From Raillietiella orientalis (Eukaryota), in assembly GCA_036172245.1 (NCBI GenBank), contig JAYWIR010000053.1, positions 930,001-994,000 on the forward strand: a stretch of 64,000 bases of DNA, in the 5' to 3' direction. Each line of letters opens with the position of its first letter. Position 1 is the first letter of the stretch. Below, piece after piece: positions 1 to 13,262 of this stretch. The position numbers and the translations under genes were made by a program. The notes under the pieces were generated by a model that saw only the letters and a program-made list of their open reading frames with translations, was not told the DNA's origin and did not search any database.

Positions 1-159
1 GGCTGATCTGCTGCCCCATCACGTGGGTTTCTTGCAGGCATACAATGTCGTAGTGCGCGATGGTTCGCGCAATCTTTTTCTTTTTGCCTGGTCGGTGAGT
101 CCATTGATGTTCCAGGAGGCGATCTTGATTCTCCTGGTGGTAGACAAGGACGAGGCCAT
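1..159 (-). pseudogene. N-terminus of LINE (L1/Tx1-type) ORF2 apurinic endonuclease, frameshifted, runs off the window edge
   Basis: From the ATG at 159 the minus strand reads MASSLSTTRRIKIASWNINGLTDQAKRKR, then after a frameshift YDIVCLQETH. These are the SWNxxG and DxxxLQET motifs of APE/EEP domains. Confidence 0.85.
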
Positions 160-3070
160 CAAGAGGATTTATTTCTTGCCTTTTCTTAGCTTCTTCGGGG
201 AGACCGTTGCAGCTTTCCCGATGAAAAAGCGGGCTTCTCGCTACCGGCATCGCTCTCCGTGCCGGTGAAGTCGGTGAGGTCTGTCTCCTCGGTCGAGCGC
301 TCGACCTTGGCGACCGTCTTGCGCGGGAGGATCTCCAAGTTGACCATGGCGCAATGGTTCGTCTTTCCTTTAGTGTGAAGCGAAACTTTCGAGCTTTCTA
401 GCGCACTCCTCCTACGAGGTGGATTTTATTCCCTTGGATTTCACGTGGAATGCACTCAACTCTGCGAACGCCATAGGAACCGAATCTGCGATTGCTAATA
501 ATTCTGCCTCCGTGACGCAGGACAAATGGTTTCCGCGAACTGACCTCAAGCAAAATCAACCATTTTTGGTATCACTTTATTTTATTTTCCGTGTTCCGAA
601 ACCGCCCACTGGCATGTCGAAAACCGAATCTTTTCCTCGTGAAGGCACTCGCAGGAGTCACCCGACTTCGGGCACTGGACACCTGTGTTCCCTCTCTCCT
701 GGAATTAGGCCGTGCTGCTCTTCCTCCATTGGGGATTCCGCGGCGGCACCGCGTCTCCGCGTAGGTTGCATCCCCGGAACCGTGCCTGCTGCGGGTCGAC
801 GTAGTCGATCCGTCGATCTCGATCACCACGCACCTGGAACAGTTCGGGATCCCAGGGAAATGAGGTGTGGACGCTCTTAACACTGGAGGTCTCAGTGAGC
901 AAAGAGTCAGACCTCTGTCTCCATTTCGGGAGCAGCACTGCGGCGTCCATAGTGAAATCAGGGACCACCAGTTCCCCGATAGTAGACAGACGAAGCAGTT
1001 GTCTCCATAGAAGCATTTTCTTGGCCGAAAACCGTATATAGTAGCTGTATCGCTTAGCTCTTTCGTCCTCAAAACGTCATGGAGTTTCGGGACTTTCGTA
1101 GTGGGACAGAAGGAACCACGCACACCCGGTTGGCCATCTTCATCGCTTGCCCTGAGTGCAAAAACACGCAGCATAGGATGTGACGTTCAGTCTGGATCAC
1201 TTACTGGAGTCCTACAGTGGCACCTTCAAGGGGATTCTTCTCAGACTCTTCAGGGCACTAAGCTCAAGCTCATTCGGAATCACTTACGGTCTTTACTCAG
1301 TTTACCACGGTCTCCTGCAGCCGCCAAGAGTTGAAGTTCCTGGTACAGGAGGAGATCCAGAGATGAAGCTGCAACATTCAGGCATTTTGCTTCAGAGAAT
1401 GCTGGAGATCACACTATAGAGCCCAGTGTAAGAGAAGCAGCACCACGTGCTTTCAATTCAAGAGGGAACACCGAAATGTTCCATCTTCATGGGGTTCACG
1501 ATCTCCTCCTGGCAGTCGACGCGCAGCTTCGCCTTGGACTGGACTCATTTAGAAGACATACGGGTACTCGGTGACGACCACGTTAGCGCCGCCCTCAGAC
1601 TCTGGGCGACGATCAGGTCTGTCAGCTTGAACCTCGGTCTGCTGCGGTCGGTAGGTAGGTCCTCGTCTCGTCGGAGCACAGGTTCAGCAGCCCTTTCTTG
1701 ATGAAGTTCATCAGCTTCTGCCGCTCCAGCTTCTCGTCGATGGACAGCATCGTGCCGAGCACCTTCACGCTCACCACGAGGACCCGGAGGACCCTGTGCA
1801 GGTCCAAGGCGACACCTCCGCTCTGAGGATCATTGTCCTGACCTTCTCGATCTTCCTCTTTGCCTGCAGGAACTCCGTCACCGTCATCCTCATGGTCTTC
1901 GGCACTGAGAAGTTCTCTTGGGGGTTGCCCTTGAGCTTGGAATTCCTCTGAGGCTAGCTTGGGGTCAGGTACGCTAAGGACCGCGAGACCTTCTTCTCCT
2001 CCTCTTCCTCTTCTTTTTCAGACGGAAACTCACTCGCTTACGTTGGGTCGTTCACTGGGATCACGTTCCACACAAACTTGCTCTTCTTGCACGGGATACG
2101 GTTGCTACTCCCCTTGTAGTCGTTGATGAGGCTGCCACCGAACCGGCACATCCCAGGGTCTCTCCCTTCTTCTCTTCCCTCTCCGGGCCCGTCATTCCGG
2201 GAACCACTTCCAGGCCGTCCTTCTAATTGAGGACGAACCAGTCCAGGCACCCGCAAATTTCTAGTTTGGGAGTGCACTCGCAGTGGCTCACGATGGACCG
2301 CCGAAGCTTCCCGAAGGTTTGCAGGAATGGCAGTCCTCCATCGTCCAGCATTCGCACCACATCCGCTGCGTGCGCGGCCCGTGCGTGCGGCTTCTTGAGA
2401 ACGGGCATCTGCGTCTCACAGCTATGGTGGCACGGGGAGAACGCCTCGGCAAGGATCTCAGCGAAGTCAGCATGGAAAGTGGATTGGCAGGAGGTAACGA
2501 CTTGGAGATGAACGGACCGACCACCTCCCTGCAAATTTAGATCCAGGAAGAGAATCACTTGGGCATCCTGCATGACCCAGCGTTAGTGCCCCTCAGGATG
2601 TTCAAAGGCGCGTAGCACGTTCCGGAAGGCGGGCGTGGCCACTTTCGCACCTCTTCGTCCTTCAGGACTCACGTGCGGAGGAAGAGAAGTGGGTGCAATC
2701 CATTGAAGGGCACGTTCCCAGGACTGGCTGCACCCTTTGGTCCGACGAGTCTCCTTATCTCTGGCAAGTGAGAAGTAGAGACGGGGGGATTCGCCAGAAG
2801 CGGGAGAAGCACCTCCAAAAAGAGGCAGGCTTTATGCGCACGCTCGGCACCTCAACCATGAGCACAGGAAGAAGCGGATGGACCAGTGCGAGCAAGAAAA
2901 GTACCCGCCCGCTGCTGCCAAATCTGTGCTGTCATCGCAGCAACGCTGCAGACAAACAACATCCGCATCCCAGCAGCGCGGTCCATTAGCAGTTTCCAGC
3001 CAAGAGGCCATCAAACACGGCTACTGCCTTGAGGCTAGCGTACTGCCCTCGATGCAAGGAAAGAGGACAT

Positions 3071-3760
3071 TCGCTTCCCTTTATCCTTTCCTTCTTTCTT
3101 CCCTTCCATCGTCCAGCATGCTCTCTAAAGTGCAGCCGCTGGGGCCTCCCAACGCCGTCGGGACTGGGAGCTGCACGGGGCGGACGCGCTCGTCGCGAAG
3201 CCAGAGAGGAGGGAGCTCCGAACCTCCAGCGAAGAGAACCGCAGAGGGAGGGTCCGGCGGGCCGAACGTGACCTCTCAGGCGAGTTCGGACCGCACCGGG
3301 GTGCAGCTGGGCAGCAAGGAGGGGACAGCCGTACAGTCGGGCCGTCTGCTTCCGTGAGTCCACGAACGAGGGTGTCGACTAGAAAGAGCCAATGGTCCCC
3401 GAGGCAGTAGGTGGATGCGTTCATCGCTGCACTTTGCCGGTCCGGCTGTGGGTGACCAGTGCACTTCTCCTCCCCATGGCGATCAAGGCAACGATCGTCG
3501 CCAGGAACTTTTTTTCCCCACAGGAATGACCCAGGGAGCCGAGAGCACTGTTGAAGAAAGGAGGAGAAAAAGAGAAGGAAAGGAGGTGGAGGAGGAGGGG
3601 AAGGAAGGAACAAGAGAAAAGAGGACGGGAGGAAGAGGAGGAGAAAAGGAGGGAGAAGAGAAAGGAAGAAAGAGCCTCCTCTTTCTCCTCTTTCCAGGAA
3701 AGGGAGGAAAATAAGGAGAAGGAACAGAGGAAGAGAAGGAAAAGAAAGGAGGAGGAGAAG
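3071..3760 (+). repeat. Copy 1 of a ~690-bp near-identical inverted duplication (partner 20502-21188), including a purine-rich GGA/GAA tract
   Basis: ORF-track translations match the partner in several frames (3415..3714+ equals 20545..20844-; 3276..3464- equals 20795..20983+). Mismatches were seen only at the edges. Confidence 0.95.
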
Positions 3761-5218
3761 GTGGAAGAAAGGAAGGAAAAAAAAGAAAGGTCTGCGTTTT
3801 CTTTTTTCCTTTTTTTTGTTGTTGCAAGTAAAGACAGTTGCTGGCCAGGAATGGGGAATTTTCCAGTCGGATTTCAGCTTCCCTACTCGTTCTGTGTAGT
3901 CCGCCAGCTCCGAGGTTCCTGGAGGAAATCCAAGGTTCTGAAAAACACCTCTGCGGAGCCCATAAAAAGACGACGAGTTCACTGGAAGTCCTCACCTTCA
4001 GCACGTGAGCGAGAAACCTTCTTCGCCTTCCGATTTCAGCGAGGAAAGTCAATCGCTTTAATTGCCTTCCTTTCGGACAGGGCTGTTGCCGGTTGCTATG
4101 CCAGAACTCCCCTGTTGGCGGTGCGTTTTCGAGGGACATCTAGGGACATCCTCCTCCTCGTGACTTCTTCCATTCCGCTGGTTCCCACAGCAGCGTGAAT
4201 GTGTTTTAGTTAACTCCATCATCTCTGTCCGTCCTTTGGGCGGTTCATCAGCATTCCAGAAGTGATGAAAACGATCCACTTTGCTCGCTCCACGAAGAAC
4301 TCTGCGGCCTTTTCGGCTTCAACACCTGGGGGGACCACTAGCCTGGACAGTCCAACCACCTCCCCAAGCCTGCTGCAGTCACCTTCACGTGGGGAACGCT
4401 GTTTTGTCTATCACGCCCAGGGGATGTAAGGTCATGGACCACCTCAGTTCTCCACCCAGTGCGTTCCGGGGCGTTCCAAGCTGTCTTTGGAGAGGTCCTC
4501 GTCTCATCGATGCGGCCTGTGCTGCTGAGAGCAGTGCGCGAAGCATTCTCCACCGCTCCCGCACGCAGGTGCTGAGCCGCGTCCACCGGCATCGAGTGAC
4601 ATTCCGCCCGAGGCGTTACTTCCCGGAGTCAACCTGAGGAGGGTTGCGGCTTCCAGCCGCCGCCTGCGCTTCCAGCCAGCGTCTCCGGGCTGCCTGGTTC
4701 GCGTCCTGCATGCGCATGAGCGCGCGGGTAGCGCTGCTCGCGCGCGTGGAAGATGCCTGGCTAGGGAAGTCACCCCGAAGACTTCGTTGGCGCTTTTATC
4801 ATGCGCCGTGTGAGCGGTAGGGAGGGGGAGCGAGGGCAACTCGCTGCTTCCACACCAATTCCCTAAACTTAAGCGCTTCGACATCGAGATCGACGTCCCC
4901 GGGAAACGCTGCAGAAGATGGTCCGGGAAGAATGCGCTCTGGAACACACCTCATTCCCGATGAGTCCCTCTGGCATCTCCTGTTCTCCCTCCGGCGCTCC
5001 ATCTTCCCCTGGGTCTCGGCGTCATATGCGGCCGGTGGCCCCCGTTCACTCGAGAACCCCTTCGGACAAGAAGTACTTGTTTTCTCACCCTTCCCCCTTC
5101 TCTAGGTCTCCATGGCATCCGGGGAGCTCTCGTAGGCCTGGGTCATACCTGGACCGGAGGCTCCATACAGCGCCGAGTCGGGTCTCAGAGAGGAAGCGAC
5201 GCCGATGCCCATAGGGCG

Positions 5219-6180
5219 GGTTCAGGTGGTTCCGCTTCAAATCCCCAACCTCGAAATTCCAAAGGATCATAAAAATAAATACATGTGCTGATTATGTATA
5301 TTAATCTTCATACTGATTTACATATGGATCTGTAAAGAAATCTATATACAAAGCCATATGTTCATCTACATGTTAATGCATATATTCATCTACATATCAA
5401 GATATATTAATCTTGTATAGAATATACTAATCAATATATCAATCTAAACACTAAGCTACATATTAATATACATACTAATCTATATATGAATGTATGTATT
5501 AATCTGCATAATGATCTCTACATTGATGTATGCATTGATCTACATATGAATCCATATATTAATCCATAAAAAAATCAACAATATGAAGCTGTATTTTCAT
5601 CTATATACTAATGTATATACTTATCTACAAACTAATCTACATATAAATCTGTATACAAATCCATATTAAACTGTATACTAATGGACATATTAATGAATGA
5701 ATTCTTAATCCAGCAATGATCCGCATATTTGTCGGTTTATTTATCAGTCTATTGATTCGCATATAAATCTATACGCTAATCTATATAGGAATTCACATAT
5801 TCGAAATAAACAATATTGGTGTGTAGATTAATATTTGCATTAATAAAGTGGAGTATATTGATATGGTAGATATCATTAGTGCGTAGATGAATATATAGCT
5901 TCATCTACACACTAATCTATCACATTAATGTATATATTAATCTAAATATGAAGCTATACGTTCATTCATACATCAATCTACATATTATTCTACACATCCA
6001 CACATGATTCTATATATTGATCCATGTTTTAATTTGTATATAAATCCATAGATTAATCTACATTTTAATGTACGTGTAAATCTACATACATAAAATAATC
6101 TATATATCCGTGTATATAATAAGAATTTGTAATTGTTTTTTATGATCTTTCGAGACTTCGGCGTTCGGGATTTCGATCGG
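5219..6180. mobile_element. Non-autonomous TIR (MITE/foldback-like) element with an AT-rich interior of degenerate ~12-bp units (AATCTATATATT-like)
   Basis: 5232-5280 (ccgcttcaaatccccaacctcgaaattccaaaggatcataaaaataaat) is an imperfect reverse complement of 6131-6180. The interior is very AT-rich, with recurring atctacatat/atctatatat. Confidence 0.6.
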
Positions 6181-6989
6181 TCAGAGGCGCACTTTGGGGA
6201 ACAGTTGTCCCCGACACATTTCCGGTCAGAACGTCAGCTTCTGCCCAAAGCACCCGGCATCAGTGACTCTGTGCTCGTCCCGTGGCTAAAGATGGATGCA
6301 ATGAGAACTTCTTTCCCGCAGCTTCTGACCTTGCCGACGGTTCGGGATGTTTGAGGCGGAAGAATGGTTCATTCCCAACACCGGCACGCCGGTCAGCACG
6401 TCAAGAGACGTCTAGGATGATCTAGTAGGGTCTCCTCCGAAGGCCTCTACGGTGGCCTTCCTCGAGGATAGCTTGCTCTTCCTGACCTCCTGGATGGGCG
6501 CCTTGTAGGCCCGGGCCACAAGAGAAGCTTACAATCTGCAGCTGCTTCAAGCTGCCCGCATCACAAAACCCGAAGGCTGCACCCTTCGCTCAATGGTTGA
6601 GAACACTCCAGTCTGCGACTGACACGGACAGGTGGACTTTGGGATTTTTGCTTGCATGCGCATGTGGCACAAGCCCTGGGGAGTTCGTCCGGACCAGTGA
6701 TGCAGATGGGAAGTGAAGGGTTGAGGTTTCCATCCGATCGAAAGCAGCGCAGGCCTTCAGCAAAGAGGGACATCGGACATGACTTCACCTTCGAGGAACG
6801 CACGCGAAGGCCGCCGGGCTTTGTAATCCCGTATCTTCTCCACAGGAATTTCCTGCTCGTTGAACAAAGGAGGAAGAGGAAGAGGAGGAGGGAGAACCGC
6901 TCACGTGCTGCTCCTTCGCGAGGCGTCTCGGCCGGAAAGAAGCCACACGTCCTGCGCTGGCCGCGCCTCTAGCGACTTGCATAGCACTG

Positions 6990-7515
6990 GAGATCGCGTG
7001 AGTGGCGGCTGGGTAGGCCGCCCGCGGAGCGCGCCGACTCCACTAACCACCGGGGGGACCGCCATTCAAAGTGCTCTCCGAGTCTGCTGCCGGATAGGGC
7101 TGAGAGTGCACGCGGGAAGCGGGAAGAGAGGGAAAGAACTCCGTCCAGCCAGTGCTGCAGTCTTCGCCTTTGTCTCACCTCGCCGCTGCCCACGTGGAAG
7201 CTGCCGGCGGACGGCCAAAGAGCGCTATGGAGGACCGGAAGGCGGCAGCGCCGCAACCGCGGTGATCGGCTGGAAGCTCCGGAAGGGCGCGTGGACATCT
7301 GGCCGAGCTAAACATTTCTCCCCTCCCTACGTTTCACTTTTTGTTTCCTTTGTTTACTTTATTCCTACCCCCGCGCTTTGGATGGGTCTCACCGGTCTTT
7401 GCACCAGCAGCCAAGTTGTCGTGGCGTGGTGAGCCTTTGGGTTCACCACGAGAAAATTTATTGTATTTTTATTTTTCGTAAATAAATGCCCCGGCATATC
7501 CGGGCGATCATCGGG
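6990..7515 (+). mobile_element. 3' end fragment of LINE family A
   Basis: The 3' UTR has a stem-loop at 7425-7450, AATAAA at 7481 and terminal GCCCCGGCATATCCGGGCGA, all shared with the copies ending near 23975 and 33070. Confidence 0.55.
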
Positions 7516-7696
7516 CCGCGTGAGGAATAGCCCACAAGGAGGGCCGAGGTGTAGCGTGGGGGTAGCCGGGAGCTTCCTGAACACCGAAGGTCGAGGGAGG
7601 AAGCCCAATGACGAAGAAGGGACCGCCTCCTTTTGCCTCGAGTCCCCGGGGCAGGGCCACCCATACCTTCCGGAGTCCCATCTCTGGAGGACGGCA

Positions 7697-9246
7697 GGTT
7701 CAGGCCAGTGCCCACCAAATCTCGTACCATGAAAACTCCGAAAGATCTTAAAATACATACATTAATATATGTATTTATATGTAGATTGATGTGCAGATTA
7801 ATATATATTGTGGAGAGTGTAAAAAATAAATGTGTATGTTTAGTATTATATGTATTGATTTATATATATTTAAATATGAGTTTATTTATCTATATTTATA
7901 TAAATACTAATTTATATATGCTTATATATAGACTAATCTGCATATTTTTATAAAAAGATCAATTTATATACATCTACATACAGACTAATTTATATGTATT
8001 TATATATGGACTAATTTATATGTGGCTTAATTAATTTATATTTATAAAATGACTAACTTGTATATAGTTACATATGGATTAATACTGTATACTTATATAT
8101 AGAAGAGTAAGATAATACATATATATATAGTCATTATTTATATTAACATGATTACTTATACTCTTACTATATAGATTTATATATAGATTGAAAATACGGT
8201 ATGAAGATTATCAACAAAAAATACATATGCCTTTTACGTATGTTACCATATACATAGATTCTATATGGATTAATTTGTACATTAGATAGATTAATGTGCA
8301 AATAGATTGATATAATACATACATTAGCATTGTATATGGATTGATAAGCAAATTCATTTTGAAATGCATATTTATTAATGTAATAAATATATGTGTTTAT
8401 CTTATGTGTTACTATATACGTCAACAGCAATAAGTGTATATGCACTGAATATGTAAACATCGACTTATAAGACTATATATTGGTAACTCCACCAAAATCC
8501 CCAAAATGGAAGTCGCCATTTCCCGAGGAACTTCCGTTGGCTGAGAGTTGGAAACGACGGAAAAAGGAAATACCAAATTTCTTTTTCGCTTTCTCTCATT
8601 CGTTTGCTCCTTTTTTTTCGCTTTTACCTTTTTCTTCTATTTTAAATTTCCATAATGATTTTTTATTTTTTAAGTTCAATACGTTCATATCCATTTCACT
8701 TATGTCCATTTAAGTATACGTAAATGTACACAATAAAGAGATACGTTCATATTTTACAATCTTCATTATTTATATTAGTAACACATAGTAATACATATTA
8801 TCAATTACATTAATGGATACGTACTTTAAAATGAATTTGTACATTAATCCATATATCAATGCACATGACAAGCATATGAATACTTATTTTTAAAATCTTT
8901 ATATTATATATTAATCTATATGCAAATATATATATTAATACAGAATAAACACCTTATTAATTATATCAATAATACGCTTGCTAATAAATGTCAATATATA
9001 TATATATATATATATATATGCTAAAATAATATCGCTATTAATAACCTATGCATGTTGATAAATATTAATAAATCTGTACGTTGAAATAAATTTGTTCATT
9101 AGTGTACATATAAATGTATACATTAATATGCATAATAAGCATATATATACCTGTGCCTTTTTAATCTATTTCATACGTACTAATCCACATATATAAATTT
9201 ATACATTAATATATATATATGTATATCGGAATTTCAAGCCCGAACC
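7697..9246. mobile_element. Second AT-rich TIR-bounded element of the same family as 5219-6180
   Basis: The left end (ggttcagg...caaatctcgtaccatgaaaactccgaaagatcttaaaatac) aligns with 5219-5282. The right end (ggaatttcaagcccgaacc) is a shortened inverted copy. The interior has the same units, largely in reverse orientation (tatgtagatt). Confidence 0.55.
8995..9019. repeat. (TA)n microsatellite
   Basis: About 12 perfect TA units. Confidence 0.95.
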
Positions 9247-10959
9247 AGTCCCGGCAAGTAGTGGGGTCGTGACCTAGAAGGTTTCGGACGCGACCTCTCC
9301 TGGAGCCACCGTTGCGACCAATCGCGGCGGTAGTGGGTCCTGCAGACCTGCCGGGTTTCGAAGGTCGGATGCAGAGGAAGCAGGGAGACGTGGAACCTTC
9401 GAGCGTGGTCCAGTGGACTCCAAGCTTTCCTTCGGACTCGCCTGTCAAAGACCTCGCAAGCTGGGATGGGGGGAGACACAGCTGGGAGAACACGCGATCT
9501 CGAGATGCCCTGAGTCCCTTCTCGTCTTCTCTCCGGGAGCGGGAAAGGCGTGTAGGGCCTTGTGACCTGGCAGCACGCCGAGAAGACGTGTCAAGGCGGA
9601 GACGCCTTCGGCCATGCTGCTGCGCGAAGGTCTCGGTCTCCGACCCTCCCGGAGGAAGGAATCCTCACCATCTGCTGCCCGGCATACTTGATGAGCGCCC
9701 CACGGCCTCCTCACGTGGCATCCAGCCCCGATGGAGGTCCCGCAAACCAAAGATCCTTCCACGAAACAGCTCCTTCCTCCCCAGCCTCCGGGGTGCTTTG
9801 CTTTGTCCGTCCTGCTCTTCCCAGCACGCGGCTTCGCTCGAGCGAAGGCTGCGGAAGGGTTGCGACACGATGGGCAGCTACACGGTCGGCGAGAACACGC
9901 CGCTCCTCCACGCCTTCGAATGACCTGAGAGCAAAGTTCCGAAACGAAAATGTCCCAGGGGCAGTCGGGTTGCCATTGGGATGATCCGCCCACCACGGCA
10001 AGAAGCCGACATGTTCTAGTCGTGGTTCGACCCTGGCGCGCCTATGCCGTGTCCGGTGGCGCGCGCGAGGCTGCACCTCCTGAGGACCTTGGAAAAACTG
10101 AACTGCGCCGAGAGTTTGTCCGAGTTCCTCCGGGCTTTTGGAAAAATCGCGGGCGGGTCGACCCACCCCGCGGAAGCATCATAGCCGCAACGCAGGTGGA
10201 CGCGGGCGCCACCTTGATTTTGGACCACGAGGGCTCCAAGCTTCCACCTCCTTGCCTGGGGCGAAACCTCCGCAGCAGCACCTCTTCCGTCATCCGCCCT
10301 GCTACCAGGAGAGGCTCCGACGGCAGAGCGACGCCGCAACTGACGTCTCCGCCGACCTGGAAAGCTCTGGACCGCGAATTCCCATCCGGCGCTCGGAGCT
10401 CGCACCCGGTGCCACCGCATGGAGCGCTAGCGACCCGTTTTCGCCATTTGCCCCAGACGTCGCAGGTCTCCCGGCAGTCCGGAGTTTCTCGCGCTGAGAG
10501 CATGTTGACGGATGAGCGTGTCCCGCGCACGCTCGCTGCCTGGGGCCCCCTGCTCGTCGCGCCTGCCGATCCATCATTCGACCCAAGCTTGACGCTGCTC
10601 CATCCTCGCCTCCCCCGCCCGCTTGTTGTCACCTCGCCTTACCAAGTCTCGCATCCTTCCTCGCAACTGTGACATGGCGGCACCTCCTCCTCTTCCGCCA
10701 CGGTTTTTCTTCCTTCTCCACCCCCTTTTTCCCTCCTCCGAGCTTGCCCGTCAGGTTACTCTCCACTCGTGGGAGTTGCGTCTGACGCGGAGCAAGAAGA
10801 GTTCCCTGCTCTCCTCGCAGACACGCTCAGGCATCGGTCGCTCGAGGAGCAGGGAGTACGGCAAAACATTCATCTGCAGACCCCAACGCCCTAAATCGAA
10901 AGGGCATCTACCTCCCCTGCTCCGGGCTGCCGAGCGCAGACACTTTCTCATAGCATACG

Positions 10960-11240
10960 CGTAAACGAGGCTGGGCATCCCAGTCGGTTCGCATCCGGTC
11001 CAGGATGCTCGCGAGATGGTTCGGGATGTTTCCCAGGTGGTGCCATCTCATGGCAGTCCTCAAAAAGATTCTCGTCCAGTGTATGGCGTCCCTTCCGTCC
11101 CAGACGCTTCTTGCGTTGCAGGCCGCCACCACCCCGCAAAGACAGCAGAGGACTGCGAGGGACGCGGCTGACGACAGTGTGGCGCTCACGCAGGAGCCGC
11201 GAAGGATTCGGGGCTGCTCAGGCTATCATGGAGGTCAAGG
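10960..11240 (-). mobile_element. LINE family A ORF2 C-terminal fragment
   Basis: AASLAVLCCLCGVVAACNARSVWDGRDAIHWTRIFLRTAMRWHHLGNIPNHLASIL is homologous to ORF 12041..12454- and to 32452..32800+. Confidence 0.8.
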
Positions 11241-11814
11241 AAATCCGTGAATTTGTTTTTCCTACTCCCCTTTCCCGCCGGCGGCGCTGCGAGCGGCAGC
11301 GGCCTTGGTCGCTCTAATCCGATTTCGTCCCTCCCCGCGCAACCATCCCCCACGAAGCCCAGCGCGGTTCCTTCAAGTCCTCATTTGCATCTCAAAGGCC
11401 ACTCCGGTGGAACTGTGCAAAAAAGTTGCAATTTGCGTCCGAGGTTTGAAGAGGACCGACGCGTGCCCCCGCGCGCCCCAGGAGCACGCGAGCGTGGTGA
11501 ATCGGAACTAGGGAAAGCTGCGCCTAATGCGGCCGGATTAGAAGGCAGGGCGGGTCCAATTAGATGGCGCATACCCTCGCCAATTGTGTCTCCTTTGTCC
11601 GTGAGGCTCGCGGCGGGCACGCGCCGCACGTCCGCCGGGATTTGTCAAAGCGCGGCGGTGGACGCGCGCGCGCACCGCTTCCGCGGAAGCTGCACTGGGG
11701 ATGAACGGAAGGACGAGAAGCCTCTTCTCCGAGAGCTTTCCGTGGGAAGGGCACTTCCCGCCGTGGGCGAGCGATGACGGCCACTGGAAATCGGTTCAGC
11801 ACGAAGGCGAGGAG

Positions 11815-12710
11815 GTTTTTCGCCAGGCTTTCCTGGGGATCTCTTATCGAAAATAATAAGAAAAATGCCGTTCAGTTGGTTCCACCACGTTCCCAGGTGC
11901 AGATGCGCAAACCGGCGAGGCCCACCTCGGCAGGGAGAACCGAAAACAAACAGAAACAAACAAAAAAAGGTGGGAAAGTTTTTCTTGGGGAGACGGAAGG
12001 GAAACCGAGGAAGGGATCACTGGTCGCTGCGAGGCGTCCTCTACATCGTGTCTCGGATGCTGGCAAGATTGCCCCGTATGTTGCCCAGGTGGGACCATCT
12101 CGAGGAGGTCTTTAGGAAGACTCGCTCCCAGTGGATGACGTCCCTTCCATTGTGGTTTCTTCTTCCTGCGTTCCAGTCGGCTACAATCCCGCGAAGGCAG
12201 CAGAGAACTGCGAGGGACGCGGCTGGAAACGGCGCAGCACCACTCACGAACAGGCGTTTGAAAATGTCCCTGGGGCAGCCCACCGGGATTCCGAGGTCCT
12301 CCCTAGGCGATCCCAAAGGGGTCAAAGGGCAGCACAGTCTAACGGCAGGTGCGGGAGTCTCCTTCCCACTCCAGTCGCACTGAGCGTCCACGCTTCCCCG
12401 TGTCCACAAACGAAGGCGTGCCTTGCACGGGATTCCCCCATGCAACACCAGCAACGCCGACTTCTGTCACTCGAGGGGAGGGTTGCGCTGTTCCGGCAGG
12501 ATGGGGTCCACTTCACCACTTCACCTCCTCTGGAAGGATAGCGAGCAGCTCGCCCCTGAAAACGAGGAAGTGCAGTGATGATGCTGCGGCAGTGAGGTGC
12601 TTTCGCTGCAAGACATTTTCGGAATTCCACCATTTGGGAAGGGAGGGGCACCGATTGATCTTTACAGATTGAAAAAGGAGTGGGAGGGCTGACGTGGAGA
12701 AGGGTTCTCA
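11815..12710 (-). mobile_element. LINE family A 3' fragment: decayed zf-RVT (CCHC) region plus 3' UTR
   Basis: Reads VLHGGIPCKARLRLWTRGSVDAQCDWSGKE...AASLAVLCC...KTSSRWSHLG. The 3' UTR motif tgccgaggtgggcctcgccggtttgcg matches the copies at 23837 and 32928. Confidence 0.8.
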
Positions 12711-13009
12711 AATGGCAGTTTAGAGAGGAGAGGACCGTCGCTCACGAAAGAGCCTGAATTGAAATCCGTGCGTTTTCGACGGCTGAGTCGCTAAGGGCTT
12801 CGGAAGAACACAGGCTCCAGGGCTCGAATCCCGAGGAGGTCGAGATGCGGATCATCTGGCAGGTTTCCAGAAAGTTCTGGGGACACCGCAACAACGGTGT
12901 GTTCTGCGCGCCAGCGTTCCGAAAAAATTTGGGCTAGAGAAGGAGACACGTGGAAGTTACGCTCTATTTTGGCAATCAGCATGAGAACAAGGCTAGAATC
13001 TGAGGTGTG

Positions 13010-13262
13010 GAGATGGTGGTCACATTTGACGTAGTTCGCATCAGATGGTGGATCGCAACAGATGGTATTTCCACTCTGAAGTGGCTCGCAACAGCTAGTG
13101 GTTCACATTAGATGGTGGTTCTCATGTGTGGTAGTTCTCCGCAGATGGTACTCCGCAGTTCGCATCTGAGGTGCCTCGCATCAGATGGTGGTCCTCATCT
13201 GAGGTGGTTCGCAACAAACAGTACCTTGTAATTCGCATCAGATGGTTGTTGCGAACTGATGC
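13010..13262. repeat. Degenerate minisatellite, ~16-17-bp unit (GCATCAGATGGTGGTTC / CATCTGAGGTGGTTCG)
   Basis: cagatggtgg and ttcgca recur at short regular spacing. Confidence 0.8.

Noticed and set aside
3551..4198. Lys/Glu/Arg-rich 215-aa ORF and its antisense Phe/Leu/Pro-rich ORFs
   Set aside because: These arise from a stop-free purine low-complexity tract and show no domain signal.
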